Shown: one piece after another, positions 38,390 to 49,002 of the stretch
How the letters are laid out: each line of letters opens with the position of its first letter
How positions within the stretch are numbered: the first letter of the stretch is position 1
Assembly: GCA_963708725.1 (NCBI GenBank)
Contig: CAVPTL010000014.1
Coordinates: 74,497 to 138,496 of the forward strand
Source of the DNA: an uncultured Actinomycetes bacterium
Lineage (GTDB): Bacteria > Actinomycetota > Thermoleophilia > Gaiellales > JAICJC01
DNA: 64,000 bases
Reading direction: 5' to 3'
Program-made: the position numbers and the translations under genes
The notes under the pieces: model-generated
What the model was told of the DNA's origin: nothing
Seen by the model: the letters and a program-made list of their open reading frames with translations, nothing else
Database searches by the model: none

Positions 38390-39589
38390 ATGGGTGAACT
38401 GTCCCTCTGGCAGCGGCGCGGCGAGCGCACCGCCTACCCCACCGCCAAGGCCGATATCAGGGCTGATGTCGTTGTGGTGGGCGCCGGGGTCACCGGCTGC
38501 GCGTGTGCGCGCAGGTTGGCCCGCGCGGGTCTGTCGGTGGCCGTCATCGAGGGCCGTGAGGTGGCGGCCGGCGCGAGCGGCCGAAACGGTGCGTTTGCCT
38601 CGACCGGCACCGGCCTCGGCTTCGATCGGCTGGTCGAACGGGTGGGACTCGAGACCGCCGTCGCCGTGCAGGAGCTGACCGAGTCGGCGATGGATCAGAT
38701 GCTGGCTCTGGCACGGGCGGCCGGCGTCGCCGCCGCGGTTCGCCGCACGGGCAGCGTGTGGCTCGCGGCAGCCGACGAGGTCGAGCTGGTCGAGAGTGCG
38801 ATCGGCGCCCTCCACGGAGCGGGCTTCCGCTGCCGGATCGACCGCACGGCGGTGCCCGAGCGGATGCGGCGGTGGTATCCGCTTGCGGCCGTGGTTGATG
38901 CCGACGGGGAGCTGCTTCCCGCCGAGTGGGTGCGCGCGCTTGCGGCGGCGGCTGCTGGAGCCGGCGCGGTGATCTACGAGCAGACGCCTGTGACCGCGCT
39001 CGCACCCGACGGGGACGGCTGGGCGGTCGGTCTTGCGGGCGGCCACACTGCCCACTGCAGCGCGGTGGCGATCGCCTGCGATGGTTTGATCCCAGCGCTC
39101 GTGCCCGAACTCGAGCGGATCGTCTACCCGGTTCGGGGCCAGGTGCTGGCGACCGAGCCGCTCGCAGACACGGTGATCACGCGGCCGACGCACTCCGACC
39201 ATGGGTACCTCTACTACCGCCCCACACCCGATTCGCGCGTCGCCCTCGGCGGCGGCCGACTCGCCGATGTCGATGCTGAGTACACGACGGTGGAACAGAC
39301 CTCGGCGCCGGTGCAGGCCGCGCTCGAGCAGTTCCTGAGCGAGCGGCTGGGGATCGACACTGGCCGGATCACCCATCGGTGGGCCGGGATCATGGGCTTC
39401 TCGGCCGACATGCTGCCGGTCGTCGGAGAGATCCCCGCGAAGCCTGGACTCTGGGTGTGCGGAGGCTACAGCGGTGTCGGCAACGTGCCGGGCTTCGCGC
39501 TCGGTCAGCTGCTGGCCGAGCGCATCGCCGGCGCCCCCGACACGGACGTCACCCGTGCCCTAAGTGTCACAAGATTCCCCCGTGAATAA
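38390..39589 (+). CDS. FAD-dependent oxidoreductase (DadA/PuuB family)
   Basis: 'VVVGAGVTG', 'GASGRNG', 'WAGIMG...LPVVG', 'GYSGVG'. Confidence 0.9.
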   Translation: MGELSLWQRRGERTAYPTAKADIRADVVVVGAGVTGCACARRLARAGLSVAVIEGREVAAGASGRNGAFASTGTGLGFDRLVERVGLETAVAVQELTESAMDQMLALARAAGVAAAVRRTGSVWLAAADEVELVESAIGALHGAGFRCRIDRTAVPERMRRWYPLAAVVDADGELLPAEWVRALAAAAAGAGAVIYEQTPVTALAPDGDGWAVGLAGGHTAHCSAVAIACDGLIPALVPELERIVYPVRGQVLATEPLADTVITRPTHSDHGYLYYRPTPDSRVALGGGRLADVDAEYTTVEQTSAPVQAALEQFLSERLGIDTGRITHRWAGIMGFSADMLPVVGEIPAKPGLWVCGGYSGVGNVPGFALGQLLAERIAGAPDTDVTRALSVTRFPRE

Positions 39590-39613
39590 ATGGTGCCTGG
39601 CACCATTTATTCA
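39583..39613. repeat. Dispersed palindrome copy 4 (variant): TGAATAAATGGTGCC-T-GGCACCATTTATTCA
   Basis: Perfect 15-bp arms; C->AT in the left arm mirrored by G->AT in the right arm; contains the TAA stop of the oxidoreductase. Confidence 0.93.
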
Positions 39614-39616
39614 GGG

Positions 39617-40020
39617 CTATTCGGTGGTGGCGACGAGGGCTTCGGCGAAGGCCAGCTCGCGGCGGGCGCTGTCGACGTCGTCCTCGGCCGCTGACTCGAC
39701 CGCGGCCTGGGCTTCCTCGAGCCGTGTGCGGGCCTCGCCGGCATCGATCTGATCCGACGCGACCGCCTCTCCCACCAGCACCAACGCCCGGTTCTCACGC
39801 ACCTGGAGGAAGCCGGCGGAGGTCGCAAACCGCAGGGTCTTCCCACCGGCGTCGATGATCTGCAGCACGCCCGCGTCCAGCAACGATACGAGCGGGGCGT
39901 GGTTTGCCAGGATGCCCAGCTTGCCCGCCGACCCTGGAGCGATCACCTGCTGGGCGTCGTCAGAAAAGGCGGAGCCCTCGGGTGTGATCAGTTCGACCGG
40001 ATACGGTGTGTATTCAGCCA

Positions 40021-40021
<1 letters not shown>
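39617..40021 (-). CDS. atpC: ATP synthase epsilon subunit
   Basis: 'ELITPE', 'GKLGILANHAPLV', 'GFLQV'. Confidence 0.95.
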
Positions 40022-41526
<1,505 letters not shown>

Positions 41527-41580
41527 GCGCAAATCAGCGGGCGTGCCCGGACATCGTGACACCGTGATACGTACCCGGGC

Positions 41581-42066
41581 TCAGCTCCCGCTGGGCGACT
41601 CCGGGATGCCGACGGGCGTGGAACCAACCGCCGGCAGATAGAGCGCAGATGCCTTGTTGCGGTGCTGATGCAGTCGCTGCAGCGGCCGCAGGTTGAAGCT
41701 GGCAAGCGAGGCCTGGGCGCCGATCCGGGGCGGCCGGCTGGGCTGATCCAGCCGCACGTTGCCGACCACCAGCGCCAGCGTGACAACCGCGGCCACGGCG
41801 ACCCCCTGAATCGCTATCCGCGCGCGGCGACGGTGGCGGGCCGGCCGCGGGACAGCGGTCACCACGGGCAGCCGCACCGGCTCCTGTGGGCGGGCGGAGC
41901 GCAGGTGGGCGGTCATGAGCGCCACCCGATCGCTGAAGCCGCGGCAGTGATGACAGGTGTTCATGTGTCGCTCGGCCGCGGCCAGCTCGATCTCTGACGC
42001 TCGACCGTCCAGATGGGCGGAGACAACTCCGCGAGTGGCAACGCATGCAGGTGAGCGAGAATTCAT
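41581..42066 (-). CDS. zf-HC2 (ZAS) anti-sigma-like membrane protein
   Basis: 'C...VSAHLDG...HMNTCHHCR' (HxxxCxxC) followed by one TM helix. Confidence 0.8.
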   Translation of the reverse strand: MNSRSPACVATRGVVSAHLDGRASEIELAAAERHMNTCHHCRGFSDRVALMTAHLRSARPQEPVRLPVVTAVPRPARHRRRARIAIQGVAVAAVVTLALVVGNVRLDQPSRPPRIGAQASLASFNLRPLQRLHQHRNKASALYLPAVGSTPVGIPESPSGS

Positions 42067-42088
42067 CAGAAATCCGGTGTGGCTGTAA

Positions 42089-43003
42089 CTAGTTGTACCG
42101 TAGGTCGGCCGATTGCCGCGCAGTCTGAAGCCATCGTGAAAATCCAGCGGCCTGCCGTTCCTTTGTCATGGTCTTGAGGATTGGCTCGCGCACCTCGTGG
42201 AACGGGGCGGTACGCGCCTTTCTCCGCCCAGTGATCTTCACCACCAGGTAAGACGACTGAATCCGCACCAAGGTTGGTACGACCTGACCCACAGGTGTCG
42301 ATTCAAGCTGCGTCCTGGCCGGGTTTGGCAAAAGGCCCGGCGCCTTCCAGCCCTGGTCGGGACCGGCCGTCTGGACCTCCGGGTCGATCGAGATCTGGCG
42401 GGCGAGCACATCGAAGTTCGCGCCGTTTCGGAGCTGACGGATCGCAAACCGGCCCTGGATCGGGTTTCGTACCTGGATGGTCGAGACGCGCACGATCTCG
42501 GGCGTGTGGAACTTGGCGATATCGCGGCGGTATCGAGCGCGGAGAGCCGCCTCGGGGATCGTCTTGGGTGCAAACGTCTGTGCCAGTGCGTTTGAGAGCA
42601 GCCCCTGCTCCAGGCGGTCTCGCAGATGCGAGAGCGGGATCCCGTAGGCCGCCAGCGCCGCCTTTGCGGAATCTCCACCGGCCGCCTGGTAGGCGCGCTC
42701 GACCGCTGCCTCCGGCACCGTCACGCCCCGGCGCTCTGCCTCCTGCTGGATCAGGACACCGTCGATGGCCTCGCGCACGATCAGCCGGTGCTGGGGCTTG
42801 CCGCCGCGAAACCGAACGTCCGCGGCCAGCAGCTCGAGCTGCGATCTCGTGACCGGCGTTCCGTTGACAACCAACGCCACCGGGTCGGTCGCCGTCGATG
42901 TCGCTGACGAGCCCGTTGAGGTGCTCGAACTGGACGACGAGTCATTGCATGCCGTCGCCATCGTGGCCACGAGCACCAGCACCACGGCGAGGGCGCGTCG
43001 CAT
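42089..43003 (-). CDS. PrsA/SurA-like peptidyl-prolyl isomerase lipoprotein
   Basis: Lipobox 'MATAC', 'VALVVNG.PVT', parvulin-like 'GANFDVLARQISIDP...GPDQGW'. Confidence 0.85.
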   Translation of the reverse strand: MRRALAVVLVLVATMATACNDSSSSSSTSTGSSATSTATDPVALVVNGTPVTRSQLELLAADVRFRGGKPQHRLIVREAIDGVLIQQEAERRGVTVPEAAVERAYQAAGGDSAKAALAAYGIPLSHLRDRLEQGLLSNALAQTFAPKTIPEAALRARYRRDIAKFHTPEIVRVSTIQVRNPIQGRFAIRQLRNGANFDVLARQISIDPEVQTAGPDQGWKAPGLLPNPARTQLESTPVGQVVPTLVRIQSSYLVVKITGRRKARTAPFHEVREPILKTMTKERQAAGFSRWLQTARQSADLRYN

Positions 43004-43008
43004 GCTGA

Positions 43009-44091
43009 TCAGGTCTGGGCTTCGACCCCGGCTCCGACGGGAGCAACGGCGGGCAGGTCGGGGAAGTGGCACGCGGTCATGTGGTCGGCCACCGCCGCGT
43101 CCTTGTGCTCGAGCGTGGGATAGGTGTGCGTGCAGATGTCCTTCGCCTTCCAGCAGCGAGGGTGGAAATGACACCCCGCCGGGGGCTTGGCCGGACTGGG
43201 CACGTCGCCCTCGAGCACGATCCGCGTGCGTTGTCGCTCCAGCCGCGGATCGGGCAGCGGCACCGCCGAGAGCAGCGCCTGCGTGTAGGGGTGCTGAGGG
43301 TTGCGGTAAAGGTCGTCGGCCACCGCGGTCTCGACGATCCGGCCGAGGTACATGACCGCGACCCGGTCGGAGACGTGCTTGACCACCGACAGGTCGTGGG
43401 CGATGAACACGTATGTGAGCTTGAACTCCTGCTGCAGGTCGTACAGCAGGTTGATGATCTGGGCCTGGATCGAGACGTCGAGGGCAGACACGGGCTCGTC
43501 GCACATCACCAGCTTCGGCCTGGCCGCCAGCGCCCTGGCCACGCCGATACGCTGGCGCTGGCCGCCGGAGAACTCGTGGGGATAGCGCGCCCCGTGATCG
43601 GGCAGCAGGCCCACGGTCTCGAGCAGCTTGGCCACCCGGGCGCGGCGCGTGCGGCCGTCCTTCTCGAGATTCATCGCGATCAGCGGCTCGGCCACGATGT
43701 CGCTGATGCGCATGCGGGGATCGAGTGACGCGTACGGATCCTGGAAGATGATCTGCATGTCGCTGCGCGCGGTCTTGAGTTCCTTGCCCTTGAGCGCGCG
43801 GATATCCGTCCCGTCGAGCATCACCTCGCCGGCAGTGGGCTCGATCAGCCGCAGGATCAAGCGGGCCGTCGTCGACTTGCCGCAGCCCGACTCACCGACC
43901 AGCCCGAGCGTCTCCCCCGGCCGCACGTCGAACGACACGCCGTCGACCGCGTACACGGAGCCGACCTGGCGGCGGAGCACCCCCGAAAGGATCGGGAAGT
44001 GCTTCTTGAGCCCACGCACCGATAGCAGGGCGTCGGGGTCGGTCGGCAGGAGTTCGGCGGGATCCACCAGCTCTTCGGGCTGCTCGGTCAC
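43009..44091 (-). CDS. Peptide ABC transporter ATP-binding protein (OppF/DppF)
   Basis: 'GESGCGKST', 'FQDPYASL', 'FSGGQRQR', 'PQHPYT', 'GCHFHPRC'. Confidence 0.95.
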   Translation of the reverse strand: MTEQPEELVDPAELLPTDPDALLSVRGLKKHFPILSGVLRRQVGSVYAVDGVSFDVRPGETLGLVGESGCGKSTTARLILRLIEPTAGEVMLDGTDIRALKGKELKTARSDMQIIFQDPYASLDPRMRISDIVAEPLIAMNLEKDGRTRRARVAKLLETVGLLPDHGARYPHEFSGGQRQRIGVARALAARPKLVMCDEPVSALDVSIQAQIINLLYDLQQEFKLTYVFIAHDLSVVKHVSDRVAVMYLGRIVETAVADDLYRNPQHPYTQALLSAVPLPDPRLERQRTRIVLEGDVPSPAKPPAGCHFHPRCWKAKDICTHTYPTLEHKDAAVADHMTACHFPDLPAVAPVGAGVEAQT

Positions 44092-45137
44092 ACCGGGCTC
44101 CCCGACGCCCGCACCGGCGTCAGCTCGCTTTCGGCGAGCGCGCGCCTGACCTTGGGCTCGAGCACGCAGGCCGCCTTGTGTGACGGCGAGACCTCGCTAT
44201 ATGCCGGAAACCCTTCCAGGCAGGCGTCGTTGACCCAGCGGCAGCGATGGGCAAACGGGCAGCGTTGGTCGTCCATGTTGAGCAGATTCGGGGGCTGACC
44301 GGGGATCGTCGCCAGCTTGGCGTCGGACGAGAGATCCAACCGCGGAACCGATCCCAGCAGGCCCCAGGTGTAGGGATGCTGCGGGTTGTAGAAGACCTCG
44401 TCGACGGTGCCCGCCTCGACCACCCGGCCGCCGTACATCACAAGCACGCGATCGGCCATTCCGGCGATCACACCGAGATCATGGGTGATCAGGATGATGG
44501 CCGATCCGAAGTCGCGCTGCATCGCCTGCATCAGCTCGAGGATCTGCGCCTGGATGGTGACGTCGAGCGCGGTCGTCGGCTCGTCGGCGATCAGAATCCG
44601 CGGCGTGTTCGCAATCGCCATCGCGATCATCGCGCGCTGCCGCATACCGCCCGAGAACTGGTACGGATATTCATCCGCGCGCGCCTTGGGGTTGGCGATT
44701 CCCACCCGGCTCAGCAGCTGCACACCCTCCGCCCAGGCCGCCTTCTTGCTCATGCCGCGATGCACTCTCAGCGGCTCGGACACCTGGTCGCCGATCTTGT
44801 ACACCGGATTCAGCGAGGTCATCGGGTCCTGGAAGATCATGGCCACGTCGTCACCGCGCACCTGTCGCAGCTGCACGTCGGTGAGCTTGGTCAGATCCCG
44901 CTCGCCGTCGTCGGAGCGCAGCACCACCTCCCCGCCCAGAATCTCGCCGGGAGGGCTGGGAATCAGGCCGAGGATCGACATCGACAGCACGGTCTTACCC
45001 GAGCCGGACTCGCCGACGATGCCCAGCGTCTCGCCGGGGTAGAGCTCGAAGGACACGTCGTTGACCGCCCGCACGATGCCGGCCTGGGTGGTGAACTGGG
45101 TTCGCAGGTTGCGGACCGAAAGTACAGGTGCGGCCAC
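44088..45137 (-). CDS. Peptide ABC transporter ATP-binding protein (OppD/DppD)
   Basis: 'GESGSGKT', '[10 protein letters not shown]', 'FSGGMRQR', 'DEPTTALD'. Confidence 0.95.
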   Translation of the reverse strand: MAAPVLSVRNLRTQFTTQAGIVRAVNDVSFELYPGETLGIVGESGSGKTVLSMSILGLIPSPPGEILGGEVVLRSDDGERDLTKLTDVQLRQVRGDDVAMIFQDPMTSLNPVYKIGDQVSEPLRVHRGMSKKAAWAEGVQLLSRVGIANPKARADEYPYQFSGGMRQRAMIAMAIANTPRILIADEPTTALDVTIQAQILELMQAMQRDFGSAIILITHDLGVIAGMADRVLVMYGGRVVEAGTVDEVFYNPQHPYTWGLLGSVPRLDLSSDAKLATIPGQPPNLLNMDDQRCPFAHRCRWVNDACLEGFPAYSEVSPSHKAACVLEPKVRRALAESELTPVRASGSPV

Positions 45138-45139
45138 GG

Positions 45140-46084
45140 TCAGTCCTTCAGCTTGGGATCGGCGGCGTCGCGCAGCGCATTTCCGAACAGGGTGATGGCG
45201 ATCAGCGTCAGCGCGATCATCAGCGACGGCGCCAGCACCTCAACCGGGTTGATGGTGAGGAACGATTCACCCTCACCGGCCATGTTGCCCCAGGTGATCG
45301 ACGGTGGTGGCACGCCTACACCGAGGAACGAGAGCGCGGCCTCGCCGGTGATGTTGGCGCCGATCGAAAGCGTCGCGAGCACCATCACCGGCGCCATCGA
45401 GTTGGGCAGCACGTGCTTCATCATGATTCGGTAGCCTCCGGCGCCCGCCGCCCGAGCCGCCTCCACATACTCGGTCTCACGCACGCCCAGCACCTGGCCG
45501 CGCAGCAGGCGTGCAAACGACGCCCAACCCGTGATCCCGAGGGCGATCAGCACCGACTCGGCGCTCGGGCCTCGCACGGCCACGATGGCGAGGGCGAGCA
45601 GGAAGAACGGGAACGACAGGAACCAGTTGGTGACCATGCTCAGCACCGCGTCGGTCTTCCCCCGCTTGAACCCGGAGATGCCGCCCACGATCACGCCAAT
45701 CACGAGCGAGATGCCGGTCGCCAGGAACGCGATCGTGATCGAAATCCGGCCGCCGATCAGAAGCCGGCTGAAGATGTCGCGGCCGAGATCGTCGGTGCCG
45801 AATGGGTGGAATGGGTGGAGGCTGGGACCCGCGTGATAGACGGCGTTGGCCGAGAGATCGATGTGGTAGGGGTCCTCGGGGCGGATGTACGGCCCAAGCA
45901 GCTGGGTCAGGAGGATGAAGATCAGAAGGCCGAGCCCGAACACGGCGCTCTTCTGCTTGAACGTACGCCGCAGAATCTCCCGGGTGGGCGAAGGCGCGGC
46001 CGCATCGTCGAGATCGCCACCGACATCCGTGATGCCGATCGGCTCGGGCGTATTGATCAGATGTCCGCCGCTTGCATCCGCCAT
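45140..46084 (-). CDS. Peptide ABC transporter permease (OppC/DppC)
   Basis: 'HPFGTDDLGRD', EAA motif 'EYVEAARAAGA', 'HVLPN', 'GNALRDA.DP'. Confidence 0.95.
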   Translation of the reverse strand: MADASGGHLINTPEPIGITDVGGDLDDAAAPSPTREILRRTFKQKSAVFGLGLLIFILLTQLLGPYIRPEDPYHIDLSANAVYHAGPSLHPFHPFGTDDLGRDIFSRLLIGGRISITIAFLATGISLVIGVIVGGISGFKRGKTDAVLSMVTNWFLSFPFFLLALAIVAVRGPSAESVLIALGITGWASFARLLRGQVLGVRETEYVEAARAAGAGGYRIMMKHVLPNSMAPVMVLATLSIGANITGEAALSFLGVGVPPPSITWGNMAGEGESFLTINPVEVLAPSLMIALTLIAITLFGNALRDAADPKLKD

Positions 46085-46085
46085 A

Positions 46086-47105
46086 TCAGTCGGAGTCCTC
46101 GAGTCGGATCTTGGGGTTCAGGAAGGCGTACAGAATGTCAACGGCGGCGTTGACGACGACGAAGATGAACGCCAGCATCATCGTCAAAACGATGGTGATC
46201 GGCACGTCCCTGGCGTTGATCGCGTTTAGCACCAGAAGGCCCAGACCGTCCCAGTTCCAGATGAACTCGGTGATCACAGCACCGCCGAGCAAGAAGGCAA
46301 AGTCGAGGCCGATCAGGGTCACCACCGGCAGCATCGCATTCTTGAGCGCATGTTTGCCGATCACCTTGCTGGGCGGCAACCCCTTGGCGTTCGCGGTCTT
46401 CATGTAGTCGGCGCGAATAACCTCGAGCAAACTCGTCCGCATCACCAGTGCGGTCGAGGCGATCGAGATCAGCGCCAGGGTGATACACGGCAACATCAAA
46501 TTCTTGACCCAGAAGGTGGGTTCGAACGAGGCTAAGAAGCTCGATGGGTTCTGGGTGTTGGCGTTGAACACGCCCGAGAAGTCCCACCCGAGGCCGGTGC
46601 CGAACACGTTGTTATGCGGCAACGCGAATACGAGCAGGATCACCGAGCCCACAACGAACACCGGCAGCGAATAGATGGCCAGGTTGCCGACCGTCACCAG
46701 CGAATCGATCTTGCGACGGTGCATGAGCGCCGAGAACACGCCCAGGCCGACCCCGAAGATGATCTCGAGGGTGATCGCGCCAATCGCCAACGCCGCGGTG
46801 CGTCCGACCTTCTCCCAGATCACGGTGGTCACAGGGGTGTAGCGCTGGACCGACCACGAGTCACCGAAGTTCATGTCCCAGGGCGGCCAGAAGCCCTTCA
46901 TGAAGTGGATGTACTGCTCAGGATACGAGCGGTCGAGGTACAGCTGATGGCGCTTCTCGGCGAGGAACGCCGGAGTTGCGTTCTTGCCGGCAAGGATCCG
47001 GGCGGGATCGCCGGGCGCGAGCTTGAGCAGGATGAAGGCGATCAGGCTGACGCCGATGAGCGTCGGAATGGCCTGCAACAACCGGCGGATGATGAACGGG
47101 ATCAT
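46086..47105 (-). CDS. Peptide ABC transporter permease (OppB/DppB)
   Basis: 'IIRRLL', 'PGDPA', 'DYMKTANAKGL', 'HALKNA', 'DILYAFLNPKIR'. Confidence 0.95.
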   Translation of the reverse strand: MIPFIIRRLLQAIPTLIGVSLIAFILLKLAPGDPARILAGKNATPAFLAEKRHQLYLDRSYPEQYIHFMKGFWPPWDMNFGDSWSVQRYTPVTTVIWEKVGRTAALAIGAITLEIIFGVGLGVFSALMHRRKIDSLVTVGNLAIYSLPVFVVGSVILLVFALPHNNVFGTGLGWDFSGVFNANTQNPSSFLASFEPTFWVKNLMLPCITLALISIASTALVMRTSLLEVIRADYMKTANAKGLPPSKVIGKHALKNAMLPVVTLIGLDFAFLLGGAVITEFIWNWDGLGLLVLNAINARDVPITIVLTMMLAFIFVVVNAAVDILYAFLNPKIRLEDSD

Positions 47106-47187
47106 GAGATGAGTTCGCCGCCTGTCACTGCCGGGTGAGAATAGCGCTCAGCGGCGCAACTTGGAAGGGGCGAGGACACGACCAACT

Positions 47188-47225
47188 GGCCTTTGCCGGC
47201 GAACCGAAGTCCGCCGGCAAAGGCC
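47188..47225 (-). terminator. Strong hairpin between the binding-protein and permease genes (17-bp stem, cUUCGg loop)
   Basis: Minus strand GGCCTTTGCCGGCGGAC-TTCG-GTTCGCCGGCAAAGGCC; no U-tract. Confidence 0.75.
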
Positions 47226-47237
47226 GATCAGGTCAGC

Positions 47238-48929
47238 TTAGGTGTGGGGCTGAGACCGATCCAGACCCATCACGGCGAAGTGGGGCGTGCCCATCTCGTC
47301 GTACTGGAAGTTGATGATCTGCGGTGACTTGACCCGCGCGACCCCGTAGAAGTAGATCGGGATCTCAGGAACGTCCTGCATGATCATCTTGCCGACCGCG
47401 TTGTAGTCGGCGTAGCGCTTGGCGGCGTCGGGCTCGGCCCGTGCCGCGAGCAGTCCAGCATCCACCTTCGGGTTGTCATAGAAGGTGTAGTTGTTGAGTC
47501 CTGCCTGCTTCGAGTCAAACAGCGGGAACAGGAAGTTGTCCATGAGCGGATAGTCGGCGAGCCAACCGAGCCGCCAGAACTCGAGCTGCCCCTTGGACAG
47601 CTTGTCCAGGAACGTGCCCCAGTCGTAGTTCGAGATCTTGACCTTGAATCCCGACTGCTCATAGCCCTGGGCGAGTGCCTCAGCGATGCGCTGGTTGCCC
47701 GGGTCGGTGTTGTAGCTGAGCTCGATCGACGGGTTCGCATCACCCGAGGACTTGACCAGCTGCTGGGCCTTGTTCGGGTCGTAGTGATACGGGGACATGC
47801 CCTTCTTGAAGCCCGGGATGCCCGGCGGCACCAGACCATCGGCTACCGAGCCGATGCCCTCGTTGATGTTGTTCACGATCGCCGGCGAGTTCGTGCCCCA
47901 AGCGAGCGCTTGACGCAGCGTCTTGTTGTGTGCCAGCTCGTTGTTGCCGTTCAGCTGGAAGCCGTAGTAGTACAGCGACAGCTCGGTTCCGGTCTGAACG
48001 TCCTTGCCGATGGTCGGGTCGGCCTGAGTGGCCTTGACCTGACCGGTCGGAATCCGGGCGTAGTCCTCCTGGCCGCTCTTGAAGGCCTGGAAGGGGGCTT
48101 CCTCGTTGGAACTCGGGTAGATCTGGAAGCTGACCTCGTTGATGTGCGCCGGCGTCCCGAAGTAGCCGGGGAACTTCTTGATCACGATCGACTTGTTCGG
48201 AACGAAGCTGACGAACTGGTACGGGCCGGCTCCGACCGGGAACTTCTCAAACGCCTTCTCCTCGGCGGACGTCCGCGCCAGCTGGGGCGGGAAGGCCCAC
48301 GTGACGGGGTGACCAAGCGTGCCGGGGAAATCGGCGAACGGGGAGGTCAGCGTCACCTGAAGCGTGGTCGGGTTGATCGCCTTGACGCCACTCAGAACCT
48401 GCTTGTTCGAGTTGGCGCAGGCGTCGAATCCGACGATCGGCTGGAGGATGTATGAGACCTCCGATGCCGTGTCCTTGGCGCAGGCGATACCCCAGTCCTG
48501 CACGAACGTGTCAGCGGTCACATCGCCGTAGTTCTCACCATTCTGCCCGGGCTGGAACTTGACCCCGGAGCGCAGGTGGAAGGTAAAGACCGTGTTCTTG
48601 GCGTTGTGCTCCCAGCTCGACGCGATCGACGGCACCGTGGCCAGCGTCGTGGGGTCATAGTCGACAAGACCGGCGAACACGCTCTTCTCGACCGTCATGC
48701 CCTGGTCTTCCTGGCCGTGGATCGGCGTCATCGACACCGGCTCGGTCAACGGCCAGTTCAGCGTGCCACCGTTCGGGATCTCCGACGGGTTCACATTCGT
48801 GGTGGCGGAACTGCTCGAGCTGGAGCCCGAACCGCATCCCGCGGCCAGCACAACCGTGGCTAACACAGCCACAGGCGCGAGCCAGCGTCCGCTGGGGATC
48901 ACAGACAGTCTCAACGCTATCTCCTTCAT
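47238..48929 (-). CDS. Peptide ABC transporter substrate-binding lipoprotein (SBP family 5); true start may be TTG 48914
   Basis: Lipobox 'LAAGC', 'FTFHLRSGVKF', 'PVGAGPY', 'LGWLADYP'. Confidence 0.95.
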   Translation of the reverse strand: MKEIALRLSVIPSGRWLAPVAVLATVVLAAGCGSGSSSSSSATTNVNPSEIPNGGTLNWPLTEPVSMTPIHGQEDQGMTVEKSVFAGLVDYDPTTLATVPSIASSWEHNAKNTVFTFHLRSGVKFQPGQNGENYGDVTADTFVQDWGIACAKDTASEVSYILQPIVGFDACANSNKQVLSGVKAINPTTLQVTLTSPFADFPGTLGHPVTWAFPPQLARTSAEEKAFEKFPVGAGPYQFVSFVPNKSIVIKKFPGYFGTPAHINEVSFQIYPSSNEEAPFQAFKSGQEDYARIPTGQVKATQADPTIGKDVQTGTELSLYYYGFQLNGNNELAHNKTLRQALAWGTNSPAIVNNINEGIGSVADGLVPPGIPGFKKGMSPYHYDPNKAQQLVKSSGDANPSIELSYNTDPGNQRIAEALAQGYEQSGFKVKISNYDWGTFLDKLSKGQLEFWRLGWLADYPLMDNFLFPLFDSKQAGLNNYTFYDNPKVDAGLLAARAEPDAAKRYADYNAVGKMIMQDVPEIPIYFYGVARVKSPQIINFQYDEMGTPHFAVMGLDRSQPHT

Positions 48930-49002
48930 TCGACGAGGCGCCCGCGGTCGGGCATACCAGGGATAAGACGCATATTCGTCAAGAAAGTTTGTGCGCCTTC
49001 AA

